Positions 40,920 to 50,679 of a DNA stretch of 64,000 nucleotides are shown in pieces (the stretch's first letter is position 1; every line of letters begins with the position of its first letter). The position numbers were made by a program, and so were the translations under genes. The notes under the pieces were generated by a model. That model was not told the DNA's origin, ran no database searches, and was given only the letters and a program-made list of their open reading frames with translations. Source of the stretch: an uncultured Chloroflexia bacterium (GTDB lineage Bacteria; Chloroflexota; Limnocylindria; Limnocylindrales; CSP1-4); contig CAWEKG010000002.1 of assembly GCA_963809595.1 (NCBI GenBank), positions 20,713 to 84,712 on the forward strand. Reading direction: 5' to 3'.

Positions 40920-42905
40920 ATGGAGCCCGAGACGAAGCCGCCGGCGACCGAGTCGTCGGATCCGGCGCCGAACCCGCCCGAGCGCACGTCAGCCGCAGGC
41001 ACGACCGGCGGGTCCGCCGGTGGGCCGCCCCGCCGTCGCTCGCGACGCGTGCGCGCGATCGTGGCGATCGGGGGCATCGCGGTCCTCGGCGTGCTCCTGG
41101 TCGGACTCGTCGTGGCGAGGCCGTGGGTCCAGCAGCCGTCCTGCCCGCAGATCGCGAACCACCCCGAGTGGTCGGTCGCTCGCCGCTGGGACGAGGCGCT
41201 CCTCGACGCCATCCGTCGGGCACTCCCGGCGCCGACCGTCCACGCCCGCAACCTGTTCCACACCTCGGCCGCGATGTGGGATGCCTGGGCCGCCTACGAC
41301 CCCAAGGCGCTGGGCTACTTCGTCAAGGAGAAGCTGGGCGCGTCGAACGTGGAGGCTGCCCGGGACGAGGCGATCAGCTACGCCGCCTACCGGGTCCTGA
41401 CCGAGCGCTACATCAAGTCCGTGGGCGCCGAGCAGTCGCTCTCCGAGTTCTCCGACCTGATGGATTCGCTGTGCTACCCGCTCGACGTGACCACGACCCA
41501 GGGCGACTCGCCGGCTGCCCTGGGCAACCGGATCGCGGCGGCGGTCATCGCCTACGGGCTGACCGACGGCTCGAACGAGGCGAATGCCTACGCCAGCACC
41601 GACTACAAGCCGGTGAACCCGCCCCTCGTGGTGGCCAAGCCGGGCACCACGATGACCGATCCGAACCGCTGGCAGCCGCTCCAGATCGAGCACATGATCT
41701 CCCAGAACGGGATCCCGGTGACGAACGGCACCCAGCAGGCGGTCGGACCCGACTGGGGGCACGTGACGACGTTCGCCCTGCCGCCCGGCGGCGCGACGGG
41801 CGTCCCGATCGATCCCGGACCGCCGCCGCAGCTGGGCGATCCGCTCACCGACCAGGCCTTCAAGGTCCAGGCCGTCGAGGTCATCCGGGACAGCAGCCTG
41901 CTCGCCCCGGCGAACCCGGCGACGATCGACATCTCGCCGGGCGCCCGGGGCAACAACCCACTCGGCTCGAACGACGGCTCCGGTCACCCGGTCAACCCGG
42001 CGACGGGCCAGCCTTACCCGGCCGACGTCGTGAACGAGGGTGACTTCGGGCGGGTGATGGCCGAGTTCTGGGCTGACGGCCCGAAGTCCGAGACGCCACC
42101 CGGTCACTGGAACGTGTTGGCCAACCTCGTCTCCGACGAGCTCGCTCCGAACCTGAAGATCGGGGGGACGGGCCCGAACGTCGACCGCCTCGAGTGGGAC
42201 ACCAAGCTCTACCTCGCCCTGAACGGCGCCGTCCACGACGCCGCGATCGTGGCCTGGGGGCTCAAGGGCCACTACGACTCCGTTCGCCCGATCTCGATGA
42301 TCCGGTACATGGGCGGCAGGGGTCAGTCGAGCGACCCGGGCCTGCCGTCCTACGACAAGGACGGGTTGCCGCTCGTCCCCGGGCTCGTCGAGCTCATCAC
42401 GAAGGAGACCAGCGCGCCAGGGGGACGTCACGCGGCGCTCGCCGGCCACGAGGGCGAGGTCGCCATCCGGGCCTGGGCCGGCAACCCCAAGGACCCCAAG
42501 ACGCAGGTCGGCGGGGTGAAGTGGATCCTGGCCACGACCTGGGTCCCCTACCAGCTGCCGAACTTCGTGACCCCGGCATTCCAGGGCTTCGTCTCCGGTC
42601 ACAGCACGTTCAGCCGGGCAGCGGCCGAGGTCCTGACCAGCTACACCGGCAGCGAGTACTTCCCGGGTGGGATCAGCGGCTACACGATCCCCGCCGGGTC
42701 GCTCAAGTTCGAGAAGGGACCCACGACGCCGATCCGCCTGGAGTGGGCGACCTACTACGACGCGGCGGACCAGGCCGGCCAGTCCCGGTTGTGGGGCGGG
42801 ATCCACATCGAAGCGGACGACTTCGCCGGTCGGCGACTTGGCTCCGCCTGTGGCCGGGCCGCCTGGGCGCTCGCCCAGCGGTACTACGGCGGCACCGGGG
42901 GTTGA
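40920..42905 (+). CDS. membrane-anchored PAP2-superfamily / vanadium-haloperoxidase-like protein
   Basis: An N-terminal TM (IVAIGGIAVLGVLLVGLVV). PAP2 motifs LKGHYDSVRP (KxxxxxxRP), VSGHSTFS (SGH) and SRLWGGIHIEADD (SRxxxxxHxxxD). Confidence 0.75.
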   Translation: MEPETKPPATESSDPAPNPPERTSAAGTTGGSAGGPPRRRSRRVRAIVAIGGIAVLGVLLVGLVVARPWVQQPSCPQIANHPEWSVARRWDEALLDAIRRALPAPTVHARNLFHTSAAMWDAWAAYDPKALGYFVKEKLGASNVEAARDEAISYAAYRVLTERYIKSVGAEQSLSEFSDLMDSLCYPLDVTTTQGDSPAALGNRIAAAVIAYGLTDGSNEANAYASTDYKPVNPPLVVAKPGTTMTDPNRWQPLQIEHMISQNGIPVTNGTQQAVGPDWGHVTTFALPPGGATGVPIDPGPPPQLGDPLTDQAFKVQAVEVIRDSSLLAPANPATIDISPGARGNNPLGSNDGSGHPVNPATGQPYPADVVNEGDFGRVMAEFWADGPKSETPPGHWNVLANLVSDELAPNLKIGGTGPNVDRLEWDTKLYLALNGAVHDAAIVAWGLKGHYDSVRPISMIRYMGGRGQSSDPGLPSYDKDGLPLVPGLVELITKETSAPGGRHAALAGHEGEVAIRAWAGNPKDPKTQVGGVKWILATTWVPYQLPNFVTPAFQGFVSGHSTFSRAAAEVLTSYTGSEYFPGGISGYTIPAGSLKFEKGPTTPIRLEWATYYDAADQAGQSRLWGGIHIEADDFAGRRLGSACGRAAWALAQRYYGGTGG

Positions 42906-42953
42906 CCCGCCGGCTCCGGTCGGGGCCGCCCGAGCCGGTGGACCGGTGACCCG

Positions 42954-44615
42954 ATGAGGCGCCGGACCGTCGGAGTGGTCGTCGGCGTGGCCGTCGTCTC
43001 GGTCGTCGCCCTCGGCGTCGGCGGGGCCGTCCTGCTCCGGGGTGGGGGAGCCACGCCGACCACCGCCCTCGAGGCGCCCCACTTCGTCGACGAGACGACC
43101 GCCGCCGGCCTCGCCCACACCTACGACGGCGGGGCGACGTTCTCGACCGGTGGCGGGGTCGCCGTCTTCGACTGCAACGGCGACGGTCGGCCCGAGATCT
43201 ACCTGGCCGGCGGAGAGAACCCGGCCGCCCTGTTCCGGAACGACAGTCCCGTGGGCGGCGCCCTCCGGTTCAGCCCGATCCACGACCCGGCGACCGATCT
43301 GACCGGGGTCACCGGAGCCTATCCGCTCGACGTCGACGGCGACGGCAAGGTGGACCTGGCCGTCCTGCGGGTGGGCGGGAACGTCTTCCTCCGAGGGCAG
43401 GGCGATTGCCGCTTCGAGCGGGCCAACGAGGCCTGGGGGGTCGACGGGGGGAAGGGCTGGAGCACCGCCTTCAGCGCGAAGTGGGAGAGCTCGAGCGGCC
43501 TGCCGACCCTCGCGGTCGGGAACTACCTGAAGCTGGACGCGAGCGGCCAGCCGGTCTTCGACTGCGCCGACAACCAGCTCCTCCGACCGGCCCCGGACGG
43601 CGCGACCTATGCCCCGGCCACGGCGCTCACGCCGGGCTACTGCACCCTCTCGATGCTGTTCAGCGATTGGGACCGCTCGGGACGGCGTGACCTCCGGGTC
43701 ACCAACGATCGGCACTACTACACCGACGGCTCCGACCAGCTCTGGCGGGTCGCGACCGGCGAGGCGCCCAGGCTCTATACCGCGGCCGACGGCTGGGTGG
43801 CGATGCAGATCTGGGGGATGGGCATCGCCAGCTACGACGTCACCGGCGACGGGTATCCCGACGTGTATCTCACCAGCCAGGGAGACAACAAGCTCCAGAC
43901 CCTGACCGCGGGGCCGACCCAGCCGGCCTACCGCGACATCGCCCTGAAGCGGGGGGTCAACGCGGCCCAGCCGTACGCGGGGGGCGACATCCTCCCGTCC
44001 ACCGCCTGGCATCCCGAGTTCCAGGACGTCAACAACGACGGCTTCATCGACCTGTTCGTCTCGAAGGGCAATGTCAATGCCCAGCCGGACTACGCCGCGA
44101 AGGACCCCAGCGACCTGCTCATCGGCCGACCCGACGGGACATTCAGCGAGGGGGGAGAAGCGGCTGGGATCGTGGGCTTCGACCGGGGCCGTGGTGCGGC
44201 GCTGGCCGACTTCAACCTCGACGGCCTGGTCGACCTCGTCGAGCTCAACCTGGGCGCCCCCGCCCGGCTCTGGCGCAACGTCGGTACGGGCGACGCGGCG
44301 AAGCCGGCGCCGATGGGTCACTGGCTAGGGGTGAGTCTCTCGCAGCCGGGGTCGAACCGCGACGCGATCGGGTCGTGGATCGAGGTGCAGGTGGGAGATC
44401 TGACCCTCCGTCGCGAGCTGACCGTAGGTGGTGGCCACATCGGCGGCCAGCTCGGCCCCACCCACTTCGGGCTCGGTCCGGCGATGGAGGTGAAGGTCCG
44501 GGTCCAGTGGCCCGACGGCGAGCAGGGTCCGTGGATCCCGGTGCAGGCCGATCGCTCGGTGATCATCGAGCGTGGCGCGAGCCAGGCCGTACCGCTAGCG
44601 TCGCCCGCGAACTGA
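42954..44615 (+). CDS. CRTAC1-family protein (FG-GAP/VCBS repeats + ASPIC/UnbV domain)
   Basis: Repeated DxNGDGxxD-type motifs (FDCNGDGRPEIYL, LDVDGDGKVDL, YDVTGDGYPDVYL, DVNNDGFIDLF, DFNLDGLVDL). The C-terminal NRDAIGSWIEV...GGGHIGGQ is the UnbV/ASPIC pattern. Confidence 0.8.
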   Translation: MRRRTVGVVVGVAVVSVVALGVGGAVLLRGGGATPTTALEAPHFVDETTAAGLAHTYDGGATFSTGGGVAVFDCNGDGRPEIYLAGGENPAALFRNDSPVGGALRFSPIHDPATDLTGVTGAYPLDVDGDGKVDLAVLRVGGNVFLRGQGDCRFERANEAWGVDGGKGWSTAFSAKWESSSGLPTLAVGNYLKLDASGQPVFDCADNQLLRPAPDGATYAPATALTPGYCTLSMLFSDWDRSGRRDLRVTNDRHYYTDGSDQLWRVATGEAPRLYTAADGWVAMQIWGMGIASYDVTGDGYPDVYLTSQGDNKLQTLTAGPTQPAYRDIALKRGVNAAQPYAGGDILPSTAWHPEFQDVNNDGFIDLFVSKGNVNAQPDYAAKDPSDLLIGRPDGTFSEGGEAAGIVGFDRGRGAALADFNLDGLVDLVELNLGAPARLWRNVGTGDAAKPAPMGHWLGVSLSQPGSNRDAIGSWIEVQVGDLTLRRELTVGGGHIGGQLGPTHFGLGPAMEVKVRVQWPDGEQGPWIPVQADRSVIIERGASQAVPLASPAN

Positions 44616-44651
44616 GCTCGGCCGGCGATCGGCCGACGAGGAGACCATCCG

Positions 44652-46028
44652 ATGCCACGAGCGCGACTCGCCGAGATCGACCTGCCGGACTTCGGAATGC
44701 CCGACGGGCGGCCCGATCTCCCGGCGTCCCTCTACCCGGACCGTCTCGCCCGGCTGCGCGAACGAGCCGACGCCCGCGGCTACGACCGGCTTGTGGTCTA
44801 CGCCGACCGCGAGCACAGCGCCAACCTCGCCTGGCTGACCGGGTTCGACCCTCGGTTCGAGGAGGCGATCCTCATCGTCGGGCCGGACGGCGACCCGGCG
44901 GTCCTCGTCGGCAACGAGTGCTACGGGATGGCCGAGGCGGCCCCGCTGCCGATGCGCCGGGCCCTCTTCCAGGATCTCAGCCTGCCGGGCCAGCCCAGGG
45001 ATCGCTCACGACCGCTGGCCGCGATCCTCGGCGACGAGGGGATCGGACCTGACGGCCGGGTCGGCGTGATCGGCTGGAAGACGTACGACACCCGGGCGGC
45101 GATCGAGGTCCCCGCCTGGCTCGTCGATGAGCTCCGGCGGCTGACCGGTCCGGGCGGGCTGGTCGAGAACGCGAACGACCTGCTCATCGACGCCGCCGAT
45201 GGGTTGCGGGTCCTCAACGAGGTCGAGCAACTCGCGACGATGGAATGGGCCGCCTGCCAGACCTCGACCGGCGTCCGCCAGGTGCTGGCCGGCCTCCGAC
45301 CCGGGCTGACCGAGCGGCAGGCGGTCCGGCTCCTCCAATGGGACGGGACGCCGCTCTCGTGCCACCTCATGCTCAGCGCCGGGCCGCGGGCCACCCTCGG
45401 GCTGCTCAGCCCGGGGGACCGGCCGATCGAGCGGGGCGACCGGTTCACGGTCGCCTTCGGCATCTGGGGCGCCCTGAACTGCCGGGCTGGATTCGTCGTC
45501 GAGGACGCCGCCGAGCTGCCCGGCGACGCGGGCGACTACGTCGAGCGGCTCGTCGGGCCGTACTTCGAGGCGATCGCCGAGTGGTACGGCGCGCTCCATG
45601 TCGGGCAGCGTGGCGGGGTGCTCCACGGGATCGTCGGTCGCCGTCTCGGCGATCCGTTCTTCGGGATCTTCCTCAACCCTGGCCACCAGATCGGGCTCGA
45701 CGAGTGGGTGAACTCGCCGATCGGGCCCGGGTCGGCCGTCGAGCTCCGGTCCGGGATGGCCTTCCAGGTCGACGTCATCCCGGCGACCGGGACCGCCCTC
45801 TTCACGACGAACATCGAGGACGGTCTGGCGCTCGCCGATTCGACCCTGCGGGCGGCCTTCGCCGCCGGTTATCCGGCCGCCTGGGCGCGGATCCAGGCCC
45901 GCCGTCGGTTCATGGCCGAGGCGCTCGGCATCGACCTCCACCCCGACGTCCTGCCGTTCTCGAACATCCCCGCCTTCCTGCCGCCGTTCCTGCTCCGGCC
46001 CGATCGGGCGATGACGCTGGCCGGCTGA
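44652..46028 (+). CDS. creatinase/prolidase-fold (M24-like) protein
   Basis: It resembles a creatinase_N domain followed by the pita-bread fold (LNPGHQIGLDEW, FTTNIEDGLAL). I could not confirm the full metal-ligand set by eye. Confidence 0.55.
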   Translation: MPRARLAEIDLPDFGMPDGRPDLPASLYPDRLARLRERADARGYDRLVVYADREHSANLAWLTGFDPRFEEAILIVGPDGDPAVLVGNECYGMAEAAPLPMRRALFQDLSLPGQPRDRSRPLAAILGDEGIGPDGRVGVIGWKTYDTRAAIEVPAWLVDELRRLTGPGGLVENANDLLIDAADGLRVLNEVEQLATMEWAACQTSTGVRQVLAGLRPGLTERQAVRLLQWDGTPLSCHLMLSAGPRATLGLLSPGDRPIERGDRFTVAFGIWGALNCRAGFVVEDAAELPGDAGDYVERLVGPYFEAIAEWYGALHVGQRGGVLHGIVGRRLGDPFFGIFLNPGHQIGLDEWVNSPIGPGSAVELRSGMAFQVDVIPATGTALFTTNIEDGLALADSTLRAAFAAGYPAAWARIQARRRFMAEALGIDLHPDVLPFSNIPAFLPPFLLRPDRAMTLAG

Positions 46029-46112
46029 TCCGGGCATCGGAGCGGCCGGGCCGGGGCGGCAGGTCCTATCGGGTCATATCGGGAGCGGCCGTGTCGGGCC
46101 GACGATGCCGGC

Positions 46113-46952
46113 ATGAGCGACCCGACGGACCGCCCGACCCACCGAGCCGGGACCCTCGTCGCGATCGGTCTTGCGACGGCGATCGTCCTCGTGGCGGTCC
46201 TGGCCGGCCTGGTCGTGACCGGGCGGCTCGCGGGCCAGGGGCCGTGCGGGCGTCCGGTCGCCCCCGGTTGCACCAGGGTCCTCTTCCTGGGCAACAGCTA
46301 CACGGCGGTCAACGACCTGCCCGGGGTCTTCGCCCGGCTTGCGGCAGCCGGCGGATCGCCGGTCGAGACCGAGGTCGTGGCGCCCGGCGGTGTCACGCTC
46401 GCCGATCACGCGACGGCCGTCGAGACCCGGGAGGCCCTCGGGTCGGTGCCCTGGAGCTGGGTGGTCCTCCAGGAGCAGAGCCAGGTCCCGGCGGCGACTG
46501 CGTCCCGGGTCGCGGGGATGGCACCGGCGACCGCGACCCTGGCGGACCGGATCCGGGCCGTCGGCGGGCGGCCGATCCTGCTCGAGACCTGGGCCCATCG
46601 CGACGGTCGGCCGGAGATGGGCCTGCTCGACGAGGCCTCGATGCAGGCTGCGCTCCTGGCCGGCTACCTGGCCGTCGGCCACGCGCTCCACGTCCCGATC
46701 GCGCCGGTGGGGGAGGCCTGGCGAGCCGTCCGCCTGACCTCCCCGGAGCTCGAGCTGTGGCAGCCCGACGGGAGTCACCCCACGATGGCCGGGACCTATC
46801 TCGCAGCCTGCGTGCTGTACGCCAGCGTCTTCGGTCGGAGCCCCGAGGGGCTCGGCGAAGCCGCGGGGATCCCCGACGCGATCGCCCGCCGCCTCCAGAC
46901 CGTGGCGGCGCGGATCGTGCTGTCGGACCCGGGACGCTGGCTCCGGCCCTAG
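46113..46952 (+). CDS. membrane-anchored SGNH/GDSL-like hydrolase
   Basis: An N-terminal TM, VLFLGNSYT (block I-like) and QPDGSHPT (DxxH block V). Confidence 0.6.
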   Translation: MSDPTDRPTHRAGTLVAIGLATAIVLVAVLAGLVVTGRLAGQGPCGRPVAPGCTRVLFLGNSYTAVNDLPGVFARLAAAGGSPVETEVVAPGGVTLADHATAVETREALGSVPWSWVVLQEQSQVPAATASRVAGMAPATATLADRIRAVGGRPILLETWAHRDGRPEMGLLDEASMQAALLAGYLAVGHALHVPIAPVGEAWRAVRLTSPELELWQPDGSHPTMAGTYLAACVLYASVFGRSPEGLGEAAGIPDAIARRLQTVAARIVLSDPGRWLRP

Positions 46953-46991
46953 CCTCGGGCGAGTCGCGGCTCCGTCGGGGATACTCCGCTC

Positions 46992-47438
46992 ATGAGGTTC
47001 CGAACCACGATCCAGCTCGAGGGCAAGACCGCGACCGGCTTCCGGGTGCCGGTCGAGGTCGTCGAGGCGCTCGGCTCCGGCAAGCGGCCCCCGGTCCGGG
47101 TCACCCTCGGCGGCCATACGTACCGGAGCACGGTGGCGGCCTATGGCGCCGTCTTCATGCTCCCGCTCAGCGCCGAGAACCGCGAGGCCGCCGGGCTCGT
47201 CGCCGGTGACGAGGTGGAGGTCGGGCTGGAACTCGACACGGCGCCCCGCGAGGTGGCCGTCCCGCCGGACTTCGCCGCAGCCCTCGATGCGGACCCCGAC
47301 GCCCGGCGCACCTTCGATGGTCTGTCGTACAGCAACAAGCGCCGGTTCACGCTCTCGATCGAGGATGCGAAGACCCCCGAGACGCGGCAGCGCCGGATCG
47401 ACAAGGCGGTCGCGGGCCTACGGGAGGGCCGGGTCTAA
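46992..47438 (+). CDS. DUF1905 + YdeI/OmpD-associated family protein
   Basis: The N-terminus MRFRTTIQLEGKTATGFRVP...VRVTLGGHTYRSTVA is DUF1905-like, and the C-terminal FDGLSYSNKRRFTLSIEDAKTPETRQRRIDKAV is YdeI-like. Confidence 0.7.
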   Translation: MRFRTTIQLEGKTATGFRVPVEVVEALGSGKRPPVRVTLGGHTYRSTVAAYGAVFMLPLSAENREAAGLVAGDEVEVGLELDTAPREVAVPPDFAAALDADPDARRTFDGLSYSNKRRFTLSIEDAKTPETRQRRIDKAVAGLREGRV

Positions 47439-47462
47439 CCGGCGGCGGCCAGGACGGAGCCC

Positions 47463-47506
47463 GGCGGCCGCGACCAGCCCGGGTCTGGGCGGCCGCGACC
47501 AGCCCG
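47463..47506. repeat. 19-bp perfect direct repeat (2 copies, 25-bp period) in the leader of the MASE1-GGDEF gene
   Basis: GGCGGCCGCGACCAGCCCG occurs at 47463-47481 and again at 47488-47506. Confidence 0.7.
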
Positions 47507-47652
47507 CCCCGGACGCCTTCGGCCCGGCTAGCCCTATCGCCTCGGGACCGCGGGGACCTCTGGTCCGCTGTGGCGGTTCCCGTCGGCACCATAGGGTCGG
47601 GACGATCCGTGGCCATGGACACATGTCCGGTGGCGCTACGGGGAGGTGTGCG

Positions 47653-49629
47653 GTGCCCGATCGCGAGAGTCAGCACCTGGGACGGGCGGCCATGGCGTCC
47701 CTCCCTGCCCGGCTCCGGGCCGGCCGACCGAGCCTGACGGTCGGCGTCCGGCCCGTCGTCGAGACGATCCTCCTCGGGGTCGCCTACTTCGTGTCGGCCC
47801 AGATCGGGCTCGCTTTCGCCCTGGCCGGCGGCGATGCCTCGCCGATCTGGCCGCCCGCCGGGATCGCCGTGGCGGCCCTCGTGATCGGCGGCCGACGCCT
47901 CTGGCCCGGTGTGGCGGTGGGCGCCTTCCTGACCGGGGTCGTCAACGGCTCGCCGGTCCTGCTCGCCGGGCTCACCAGTCTGGCCGCAACAAGCGAAGCC
48001 ATGCTCGCGGTCGAGCTGCTCCGCCACCTCCGGTTCCGACCGCAGCTGGACCGCCTGGTCGACGTCCGGACGTTCGTGCTGGCGGGCTGCGCGGCGCCGG
48101 CGGCCCTGGCCGCATCGGTCGCAGTCGTCAGCCTGGTTCGGGCCGGATCGATCGGACCGATGGAGCTCGCGTTGACCTGGCTGACCTGGTGGGCCGGAGA
48201 CGCGCTGTCGATCCTGGTGATCGGCGGACTCCTGCTCACCTGGCTGAGCCCCGTGACGATGGGTGTCGTCCGGAGCCGGACGATCGAGAACCTGTTCGCG
48301 CTGGCGATCGTGACCGGGGTCTCGATCCTCCTCTTCTTCGACGTCTTGGATCTCCGCTCGTCGGGCCAGGCCGTCGCGTTCCCGATCATCCCCGTGATCA
48401 TCTGGGTCGCCTTCCGGGCCGGACCCCGGGGAAACGCGGTAGCCTCGATGACCTTCTCGACGATCGCGATCAGCGCGACCGCCCAGGGTCGCGGGCCGTT
48501 CGTGGGCAACACGACCGAGGGCAGCCTCGGCTATCTGACCCTGTTCATCGCGATGGTCGCCATCACCGGCTACGCGGTCGCCGCGGTGGTCGCCGAGCGG
48601 GAGACGGGCCGCGAGGAGCTCGAGGCGGCTGGCCGCCGAGCGAGCCAGGCGCTCCGTCAGCTCCAGGCGGTCGAAGCGATCGGACGCCTGCTGGCCGAGC
48701 AGGGCCCGACCCCGGCCGCCCTCAATTCGGTCGTCGGCGTGCTCCAGGAGACCTTCGGCTACAGCCACCCGTCCCTGTACACCGGCGATGAGATGCTGGT
48801 CCGCCTCGGCGCCCAGCGCGGGTACGTCGAGCCGATCGACGAGATCGATGCCTCCAGGGGTGTGATCGGCCGGGTGATGCGGACTCGGCAGGTCCAATAC
48901 CTGCCGGACGTCAGGCTCGACTCCGGCTATCTCATGGCCGACCCCTCGGTCCGGAGCGAGGTCGCGGCGCCGCTCCTCGTCCGGGGCTCGTTCCTGGGCG
49001 TCCTGAGCGTCGAGAGCCGGACGGCCCTGGGCGAAGCCGACCTGGCCGCGGTCTCGGTGGTGGCCGACCGGGTCGCGGCGGCTCTCGCCCTGGCCCTCGA
49101 GCGCCGCGACCTGGCCGAGCTGGCGATCCGGGACAGCCTGACCGGACTCCACAATCGACGGTACTTCGACGAGGCGATCCAGGCCTTGGGTGCGTCCCGG
49201 GCCCGACTCCGCGACGACGAGCGTCCGTCGCTGGCGGTGATCATGTTCGACCTCGATCGGTTCGGAAACCTCAACAACCGCCAGGGTCACCAGGTCGGCG
49301 ACGAGGTCCTTCGGGCGTTCGGGCGGATCCTGACGGGGCGTCTCCGTGGGTCCGACCTGGTCTGCCGCTACGGCGGCGAGGAGTTCGTCGCCGTCCTATC
49401 CGGCGCCCGGGCGGCGGACGCCGAGCGGATCGCCGAGGAGATCCGGGCCGAGCTCGAGGGCGCCACCATCCTCGGCGTCGACGGCGGGCCGATCTCGGTC
49501 ACCGTCTCGGCCGGCTGCGCGGCGGGCGACAGCGCGGAGGCGACTCCTGAGGCGCTCATGACCGCGGCGGACGTCGGGCTGCGGATGGCCAAGCGGGCGG
49601 GCCGGAACCTCGTCGTCGCCGCCGCCTGA
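47653..49629 (+). CDS. diguanylate cyclase, MASE1-GAF-GGDEF
   Basis: GTG at 47653 lies 6 nt after GGGAGG (an alternative ATG is at 47692). The MASE1-like membrane domain is VAYFVSAQIGLAFALAGGDASPIWPPAGIAVAAL. It is followed by a GAF domain and a GGDEF domain with DSLTGLHNRRYF and an intact RYGGEEF. Confidence 0.85.
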   Translation: MPDRESQHLGRAAMASLPARLRAGRPSLTVGVRPVVETILLGVAYFVSAQIGLAFALAGGDASPIWPPAGIAVAALVIGGRRLWPGVAVGAFLTGVVNGSPVLLAGLTSLAATSEAMLAVELLRHLRFRPQLDRLVDVRTFVLAGCAAPAALAASVAVVSLVRAGSIGPMELALTWLTWWAGDALSILVIGGLLLTWLSPVTMGVVRSRTIENLFALAIVTGVSILLFFDVLDLRSSGQAVAFPIIPVIIWVAFRAGPRGNAVASMTFSTIAISATAQGRGPFVGNTTEGSLGYLTLFIAMVAITGYAVAAVVAERETGREELEAAGRRASQALRQLQAVEAIGRLLAEQGPTPAALNSVVGVLQETFGYSHPSLYTGDEMLVRLGAQRGYVEPIDEIDASRGVIGRVMRTRQVQYLPDVRLDSGYLMADPSVRSEVAAPLLVRGSFLGVLSVESRTALGEADLAAVSVVADRVAAALALALERRDLAELAIRDSLTGLHNRRYFDEAIQALGASRARLRDDERPSLAVIMFDLDRFGNLNNRQGHQVGDEVLRAFGRILTGRLRGSDLVCRYGGEEFVAVLSGARAADAERIAEEIRAELEGATILGVDGGPISVTVSAGCAAGDSAEATPEALMTAADVGLRMAKRAGRNLVVAAA

Positions 49630-49665
49630 CCTACCCGATGGTCCGGTCGGCGTCCTCGACGCCGG

Positions 49666-50679
49666 TCATGGCTCCTCGTCGGCGCCGACCTCGGCGTCCT
49701 CGGCCAGACGCACGACGTTGCGGCCCGACGCCTTGGCTGTGTACAGCGCGGCATCGGCCCGGCCGAAGATCGCCTCCGCGGTATCGCCGGGGACGGCGAC
49801 CGTCCCGCCGATCGAGATCGTGACCCCGAGCTCGACGTCCGCGGTCGCGTCCCGGACGCGCGTCTGCTGGACCAGGACCCGGAACCGCTCGGCGACCTTC
49901 CGCAGGGCCGGTCCGTCGACGTCGGTGATCGTAAGGGCGAACTCCTCGCCGCCGAACCGGGCGAGATCGTCGCCGGCACGGGACGCTCCGAGCAGCGTCC
50001 GGGCGACGGTCGTCAGCGCGACATCCCCGGTCGCATGCCCGTGCCGGTCGTTCACCAGCTTGAAATGGTCGATGTCCGCGATGAGAAAGCCGAACCGCCG
50101 GCCGTAGCCGGCCAGCTCGGCGACCCGCGAGGCGATCGACATCTCGAAGTGACGCCGGTTCGGGATCCCGGTCAGGGCGTCGCGCATGGCCAGGTCCCTG
50201 AGCTCCGAGGCCTCCTGTCGCGCGGTCGAGAGCGCGGTGCTGTCGTCGAACACCTCGACCGCGCCGATGACCCTGCCCTCGCGGTCGTGCACGGGTGCCG
50301 TCCGCACCCGCACCGGCACCCGGTGGCCCTGCCGATGGCGGAGGAAGACCTCGGCCTCCCGGGGCTCGCCGTCGGCGATCGTGGCCGCCAGCGGGCAGCG
50401 GCCGCGACACAGGTGTCGACCGGCCGAGTCGACGTGGTTGAGCAGGTTGTCGTAGCAGAAGTGCCCGACAACCTCGGCGGCGGGGAAGCCCGAGAGGCGC
50501 TCGGCGCCGTGGTTCCAGTAGCGGATGCGTCGGGCCCGATCGACGTAATAGACGCCGTCGTAGAGATTGTCGACGGCGGCCCGCTCGAAGTCGTCGCCCG
50601 GATCGGCTGCCGCCGCGACCGGCACCGGATCGACGCCCGGGCGCTTTCGTGCAGGAACGCCGCGGCCGACCCCGGTCAC
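49666..50679 (-). CDS. diguanylate cyclase, PAS-GGDEF (Cys-rich PAS)
   Basis: PAS: YVDRARRIRYWNHGAERLSGFPAAEVVGHFCYDNLLNHVDSAGRHLCRGRCPLAATIADG. GGDEF: DALTGIPNRRHF and an intact RFGGEEF. Confidence 0.85.
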   Translation of the reverse strand: MTGVGRGVPARKRPGVDPVPVAAAADPGDDFERAAVDNLYDGVYYVDRARRIRYWNHGAERLSGFPAAEVVGHFCYDNLLNHVDSAGRHLCRGRCPLAATIADGEPREAEVFLRHRQGHRVPVRVRTAPVHDREGRVIGAVEVFDDSTALSTARQEASELRDLAMRDALTGIPNRRHFEMSIASRVAELAGYGRRFGFLIADIDHFKLVNDRHGHATGDVALTTVARTLLGASRAGDDLARFGGEEFALTITDVDGPALRKVAERFRVLVQQTRVRDATADVELGVTISIGGTVAVPGDTAEAIFGRADAALYTAKASGRNVVRLAEDAEVGADEEP

